The notes beneath the pieces are model-generated. The model did not search any database and was not told where the DNA came from. It saw only the letters and a program-made list of their open reading frames with translations. From an uncultured Spirochaetota bacterium (GTDB taxonomy: Bacteria; Spirochaetota; Spirochaetia; SZUA-6; Fen-1364): a stretch of 64,000 nt of DNA. Shown here piece after piece: positions 59,217-64,000 of this stretch. The stretch spans positions 128,001 to 192,000 of the forward strand of contig CAVTHO010000004.1 of NCBI GenBank assembly GCA_963734545.1. The letters run 5' to 3'. Each line of letters opens with the position of its first letter. Positions within the stretch are counted from its first letter, which is position 1. Made by a program: the position numbers and the translations under genes.

Positions 59217-59721
59217 TTATTTGCCGCGCCCGGCGGCGAAGGCCTTGGCTGCCTCTTTGAGACAGTCACCGAGTATCCGCTTGAGGATCCATGGCGATGA
59301 GATGCTGTCCGAGGACTCGCTTGTGTGGACAACGGTCAGGGCCGGCTGCGCCGCGTCCAGCGAAGGGTACATTTCTATGGAAACCATGATCGCGTATTGA
59401 GGCGTGAAGTCCCGGATTGTCTCCCGCTCCACTATATGGACACGCAGCGGCCAGCCATCTCCGGCGGCAGCCGTGGTGACCGCGAACCCGCTCCCGGGAG
59501 CGAGCACGGGAAGAAGGGCCTCAACGTCTCGGGCCACTTCATGTGAAAGGACTCTCCGGTCCACGTCCACCTTGTCCACGAACACGCCGGCGGGCGCAGG
59601 GCCCGGGTCCGCCCTTGGCCGGGTACGCCACCGTGTCCCTTCGGGGGAACAGTGCGCATGAGGCAATCAGGGTGGTTGCGCACACCACGCACAATGCCGC
59701 GAAGAAAAGCCTGCACTTCAT
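59217..59721 (-). CDS. Hypothetical lipoprotein (frameshift ~59600-59640)
   Basis: Lipobox TLIAS-C in ORF 59539-59721, continuing in ORF 59217-59666; ATGA overlap with the upstream gene. Confidence 0.7.
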
Positions 59722-60377
59722 TTCTCAGCCTCCCGAACACGCTGCTCGAGATCCGCAACCGGTTTGCGCATGCCGCTGTCCGGCGGCAGGAGCGCTTTTG
59801 CGGTGGCGAGGTCCGCGAGCGCCGTATCCGTCATTCCGAATCGGTAAAGGATTCTCGCGGATTCGATGTATGACTGGGAGAACTCGACCGCGAACTCCTG
59901 GGACCGGCGGAAAAACGCCAGGGCTCCGCGGATGTCGTCTCCCGCGAGCTTGAGCATGCCCGCCTGGTGGAGAAACCTGGGATCTCCGGGGTTCAGCTCC
60001 AGGACTGCATTGAGGAGACTCTCCGCCTCCTTTGTCTTGCCCTGTGCCTGCAGTGCGCGGATGAGCCAAAGCTGCGCTTCCGTGTATCCGGGCAGGCGTT
60101 TGGCAAGCTCGCGAAACACGTGCTCCGACTCTTTCATGTCTCCCTTGAAGAAAAGGATCTTCCCTTCCAGAAGCCGCGCCTGATGGAACCCGCGCGTGCG
60201 GCTGTCTATGTGGGAGACCAGCGACGCTGCCTGGTCCACGGAACCACGCAGATACAGGTCGCGCGCCTTTACATAGGCGTCCAGGTCGGCGCTGCTGGGC
60301 TTTGCAGGGACGCAGCTGGCCAGCGCTATGGATGAGAGTGCTGCGGCCACGAGCACATGGTGACGAAATGCATGCAT
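59718..60377 (-). CDS. Tetratricopeptide repeat lipoprotein
   Basis: Lipobox IALAS-C; TPR patterns ARLLEGKILFFKGDMKES, AVLELNPGD. Confidence 0.85.
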   Translation of the reverse strand: MHAFRHHVLVAAALSSIALASCVPAKPSSADLDAYVKARDLYLRGSVDQAASLVSHIDSRTRGFHQARLLEGKILFFKGDMKESEHVFRELAKRLPGYTEAQLWLIRALQAQGKTKEAESLLNAVLELNPGDPRFLHQAGMLKLAGDDIRGALAFFRRSQEFAVEFSQSYIESARILYRFGMTDTALADLATAKALLPPDSGMRKPVADLEQRVREAEK

Positions 60378-60400
60378 CGACGGTTTACTCCTCCCGCGCC

Positions 60401-61825
60401 TCAATTCGACAGGATGTATTCCAGCCTTTCCCTGGTCCGGCCCGCGGAGGTATTTTTCTTGTCAATGAAGTAAGGCCGATGTCTTGCGTCCTTTGCAAAT
60501 GCACGGAGAATTCCAACGGCAATCAGGGTGGTCCTGTTGTCCTTGAGCTCCAGGGTGGCAAGAAGCGGATCCAGGAGGGTCGACTCGCCTGTCGCCGCGG
60601 CTTTCTCCGCTGCAGCGGAGAGCTCAGCCCGGGTCATGAGTCGTGCGCCGTCGGCTGGAGACAAGCCCAGGACCCCAGCAAGCTCCTTCCGGTAAGTCCC
60701 TGCCGCCTCGACATGCGGGGCAAGGTTGATTGCCGTTTCCAGGACATCCGCCAGCTTGTCTGAGCTCTGGTTGGGGAGGCCGCTGAGCCCAAGGTAAAGG
60801 CGATGGAAGTACGGCGGCAGGCTGCGCAGGTGGGGCAGCAGGGCGGCGTAGGCATCAATGTCCGCGGGGGCAGCGCGTTTCGATTCGATGCGCGCCGAGA
60901 GCAGCAGATACTTCTCGAAAGTCCCCGTGCCGTTGCGTTGTTCCAGGAGCCGGGCTGCGGTGCTCCAGTCCTGCCGCGCGAAAGCGGTGACGGCCTCCAG
61001 CGCAGACTTGCCTTTGCCCGCGGGGTTGAACGCCTTGTCATCCAGCTTTCGACCAAGAGCAAGAAGGTTGTTCTGTATGTCTTTTACCTTTGCGGCCCCG
61101 TACGCGCCGCCGTATTCAGCTTCCTTATAGGCGGTGAGCACGGCGGAATCGAAATCCCCCAGGCGCTCGTATGCCGCTGACTGCATGAGCCCGAGCCCCG
61201 GCTCGTAGGGGTACGCTGACTCGTATGAGTCGAGCACGGCGACCAGGTCGGAGTATCTGCCTGCCGACTCCAGCACCCTCGCGTAGGCGCGGTAATCTTC
61301 CATTGACATGGACGCCTTTGCCTTGCCCCATGCCGCATCCAAATACTCAAGCGCCTCCTTCTGCTTGTCTTCCGCAAGTAGAGCCCGGCCCGTAATGAAG
61401 CCGAATGGGGCAGCAGCATCGGTTTTCACGGACAGCGCCTTTCTCCCGTACTCCACTGCCTTCGGGTATTCCCCCCGGGAATAGGAAACGATAGCAAGGC
61501 CGCCGTACAGTGTTGCCCTGTCCGACGTTTTCATGCGGTTTCCTGCCAGGGCATATGCCCGCTGCAGATATGGCGCGGCAGAGCCCGGGTCTCCCTTCTG
61601 TAGACAGAGCATTCCGATCTCGTGCTTGAGCTGAAAGCGATCAGGGAACTCCTGATCGATTCGGACAAGGTCGGCGATGAGCTTGTCTATTCCGTTGGAG
61701 CGGTTGATTGCCGCATACGCTTTTTTGAATGCGGCATCGCCGGCGCAGGAGGACATCAAGGCAGCTATGGCGCAAACGAGGAAAAGGGTGATAGTTGGCC
61801 CTGCGGTATGCTTTAAGACCGACAT
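60401..61825 (-). CDS. Tetratricopeptide repeat lipoprotein
   Basis: Lipobox ALMSS-C; TPR patterns GLAIVSYSRGEYPKAVEYGRKAL, AYERLGDFDSA. Confidence 0.85.
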   Translation of the reverse strand: MSVLKHTAGPTITLFLVCAIAALMSSCAGDAAFKKAYAAINRSNGIDKLIADLVRIDQEFPDRFQLKHEIGMLCLQKGDPGSAAPYLQRAYALAGNRMKTSDRATLYGGLAIVSYSRGEYPKAVEYGRKALSVKTDAAAPFGFITGRALLAEDKQKEALEYLDAAWGKAKASMSMEDYRAYARVLESAGRYSDLVAVLDSYESAYPYEPGLGLMQSAAYERLGDFDSAVLTAYKEAEYGGAYGAAKVKDIQNNLLALGRKLDDKAFNPAGKGKSALEAVTAFARQDWSTAARLLEQRNGTGTFEKYLLLSARIESKRAAPADIDAYAALLPHLRSLPPYFHRLYLGLSGLPNQSSDKLADVLETAINLAPHVEAAGTYRKELAGVLGLSPADGARLMTRAELSAAAEKAAATGESTLLDPLLATLELKDNRTTLIAVGILRAFAKDARHRPYFIDKKNTSAGRTRERLEYILSN

Positions 61826-62028
61826 ATTGACTCTCGCTTCTTGATTGCGCCCGACTCTACATCAACCTGCACCTAAAGTCAACCAAAAACTGTTAGAATC
61901 TCCAATCGAACGGCCTATAGACGTAGCGAACAGGAGAATCATGCAGTTCTGATCGCACAATGACAGACTTTTCTCTGGAGACGGCGGGATTGCCGGCACG
62001 TAGGGCAGGTTCCTGCAACGCCAGGCGG

Positions 62029-62973
62029 TTATTCCCTCAGCAGGCCAGCGGTCTCTACTGAGCCCTCTGCCTCCTCCGCACATTCGCGCTTCCCGGCATA
62101 GAGCCCGCTCTTTCTTATTTCAAGCAGGCAGGAATAGGGCAGCGATATGAGGGCTTCGCAGAATGCTTCTTTGCAGAGAGCGTGTCGGGCGGCAGTTGAA
62201 GAGAAGGAAAGAGGAAGAGCGGGAAGGATCCTGACTTTGAGAGATGTCGCAACATGTCCTTGTTCCCTGTCAACGCCCCTTCGGTCAATGAAGACCGCTG
62301 ATATGGTGTGGAGTGAGTTGCCTGCTTTTTCCTGCTCCTCGACAACCCGTTCCAGCTTCTCGATCGTGTCCGGTTCACCCTGCGTATTGGCTCTGCTGTA
62401 ATGATCAGCGCCCGCGATGTAGAAGGCTTCCATGCGCTGGCGTGAGTTGAGGCAGAGAAGCCGGCCGAAGTTGGTCTCTCCGTCATAGCCGGTGTGCAGC
62501 GCCAGGGAGGAATAGGCGAACACGGGATCGAAAGTCTCGATGACCGAACGTCCGAGCCGATGCCGTATCTCTGCCGGAAGCATCGATGGCTTGCGGCAGT
62601 CCGTGCCCGCGATGACAAAAACCACCTTGTCCAGCCGAAGGGAAGCCATGGTGGAAAGGCCAAGGAGAACATGCCCCCAATGGAGGGGATTTGCGGCAAG
62701 AGGATACACACCGATTCGCAGGGGCCGGTTCGAGACAGGAACCGGGCTGTCACCTTCTGACAGCATGATCCGGCTGAGCGGCCGTATCTGTCCGGACCCG
62801 GCCAGCTCCTCGATGGCCGCGAAATGCTCATTTGCGTTGGCCGCAATGGAATGAAGGCAGTCGTGACAAGAAGAATCGGTTGCCCATTGCGCCATGCCAA
62901 GAAGCTGCAAGCCTGCTGATCGGCGAACGTTGCGGATGGCCTTCACGGCCTCTTGATTGAGCTCAAGGTCCAC
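62029..62973 (-). CDS. Cytidylyltransferase-like / NadD-like nucleotidyltransferase
   Basis: RIGVYPLAANPLHWGH (HxGH), YIAGADHY, SFSSTAAR (ISST-like). Confidence 0.7.
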   Translation of the reverse strand: MDLELNQEAVKAIRNVRRSAGLQLLGMAQWATDSSCHDCLHSIAANANEHFAAIEELAGSGQIRPLSRIMLSEGDSPVPVSNRPLRIGVYPLAANPLHWGHVLLGLSTMASLRLDKVVFVIAGTDCRKPSMLPAEIRHRLGRSVIETFDPVFAYSSLALHTGYDGETNFGRLLCLNSRQRMEAFYIAGADHYSRANTQGEPDTIEKLERVVEEQEKAGNSLHTISAVFIDRRGVDREQGHVATSLKVRILPALPLSFSSTAARHALCKEAFCEALISLPYSCLLEIRKSGLYAGKRECAEEAEGSVETAGLLRE

Positions 62974-63165
62974 TGAGGCAGCCTTCCGCGGCCGACGCCG
63001 CCGGTGCTCAGCTCATTGCTCGCGCGCCACTCCTCCACGACCGAAGGCATTATATCATAGGCGGTCAAGTATATAGGCGAGCTCTAATAGAGCCGGACGG
63101 TTCCAATGACCCTCTTGCCAACTACTTAACTTTTGTATAGTATATCGGGTCAGGAGAGGGCAATC

Positions 63166-63393
63166 GTGATAACCGTGTTTGTGAAGAACAGGCCCTGGAG
63201 CGGCGAGCCTCACTGTGACTTTGTTCGGGTGGTCTCCCAATCACCCCAGGTCATCAAGGGCTACGTGAATGACGGGCTCAGGCTCAAGCAGGTGCCGATC
63301 CCGGAGGACTACCTGAAGATCTATTCCGGCTGGTTCCACCCTGCCACCGCATGGGAGCTCACTGAGTTCAAGCGGATGGCGAGCGGTAGATGA
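63166..63393 (+). CDS. Small hypothetical protein
   Basis: AGGAGAGG RBS before GTG; 75 aa with genome-like codon usage. Confidence 0.55.
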   Translation: MITVFVKNRPWSGEPHCDFVRVVSQSPQVIKGYVNDGLRLKQVPIPEDYLKIYSGWFHPATAWELTEFKRMASGR

Positions 63394-63462
63394 GGCAGAC
63401 GCGTGTGATTCCAGTGGATTTCGCTACGCCGCTCAGTTATCATCGTGCTGAGAGCACACGCC

Positions 63463-63934
63463 ATGCGGAAAGCTTCACACGGGCCTGCGCAAAGCACCCA
63501 CCAGGAATGGAACGGAGACACCCTCAGCCACTGGGTGAAGCAGGCCTTCATGACCATGCGGCGGGAAATGGAAGCCTCCCTCCGCAGATCAGGCATGACC
63601 ATAACCCAGTGGCGCGCACTGGGTGTGCTTCTCCACACGCCGGGGGCCACGCACTCGGACCTTGTCCAGCGCCTGGAAATAGAGGCGCCGAGCGTCACCA
63701 GCCTCGTGAACGGGATGGAGCGCCGGGGCTGGGTGAAAAGGACGCGCTCCACCGCGGACGCCCGGGTGAAACGGCTCGCCCTGACAGCGCTCGGCCGTCG
63801 TCTCATCGGAGAAGCGGCCGAGGCCATGGGGCCCATCGAGACAGCGCATGGCAGCGTCTCTCAGCGCGGGAGAGCGGGCAACGCTGAAGAGACTCCTCCG
63901 CACCATGGTGGAGGGGATGCAGAAGTCCTCCTGA
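63463..63934 (+). CDS. MarR family transcriptional regulator (frameshift ~63840)
   Basis: GMTITQWRAL..SDLVQRLEIEAPSVTSLVNGMERRGWVKR..DARVKRLALT; removing one base gives the typical end QRMAASLSAGERATLKRLL...* at 63934. Confidence 0.88.
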
Positions 63935-64000
63935 ACCAGGCCCGTTCATCCACTGGACCGCACCGCAAAACTTCTAAAATTTCCTGTTGACGATTACTTC

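Overview
GC-rich bacterial chromosome segment, probably from a spirochaete (inferred from the lipoprotein signal-peptide style and gene content). It carries many single-base indels that look like long-read assembly error. The left half (1-30.6 kb) is mixed metabolic and regulatory content: PadR plus two EFR1-type flavodoxin/ferredoxins, an oxidoreductase, an amino-acid permease, a DUF4384 / CHASE2 adenylate cyclase / secreted caspase trio, a ~9.2 kb frameshifted cyclic beta-1,2-glucan synthase, GNAT, a DMT transporter, a radical SAM protein, a hybrid PAS kinase, LuxR and a cadherin-like/delta-60 surface lipoprotein. The right half holds the main finding, a ~27 kb co-directional minus-strand locus (61825->35246). 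It runs: two TPR lipoproteins, a small lipoprotein, TolC, RND adaptor, two Ig-like lipoproteins, two AcrB-type RND permeases, then a giant ~3,700 aa signal-peptide protein, then a secreted candidate immunity protein. The giant protein ends in a Gly/Ala hydrophobic segment, an HExxH motif and an NlpC/P60-like peptidoglycan hydrolase domain. Downstream lie a palindrome-rich spacer with a dif-like site, a PstI/BsuBI-type restriction-modification pair, an IS200 possibly nested in a MITE, and a diverged ~547 bp orphan copy of the giant gene's pre-toxin region. Together these suggest an RND/TolC-associated polymorphic toxin system with an exchangeable C-terminal tip (inference). No rRNA, tRNA or CRISPR array was seen.
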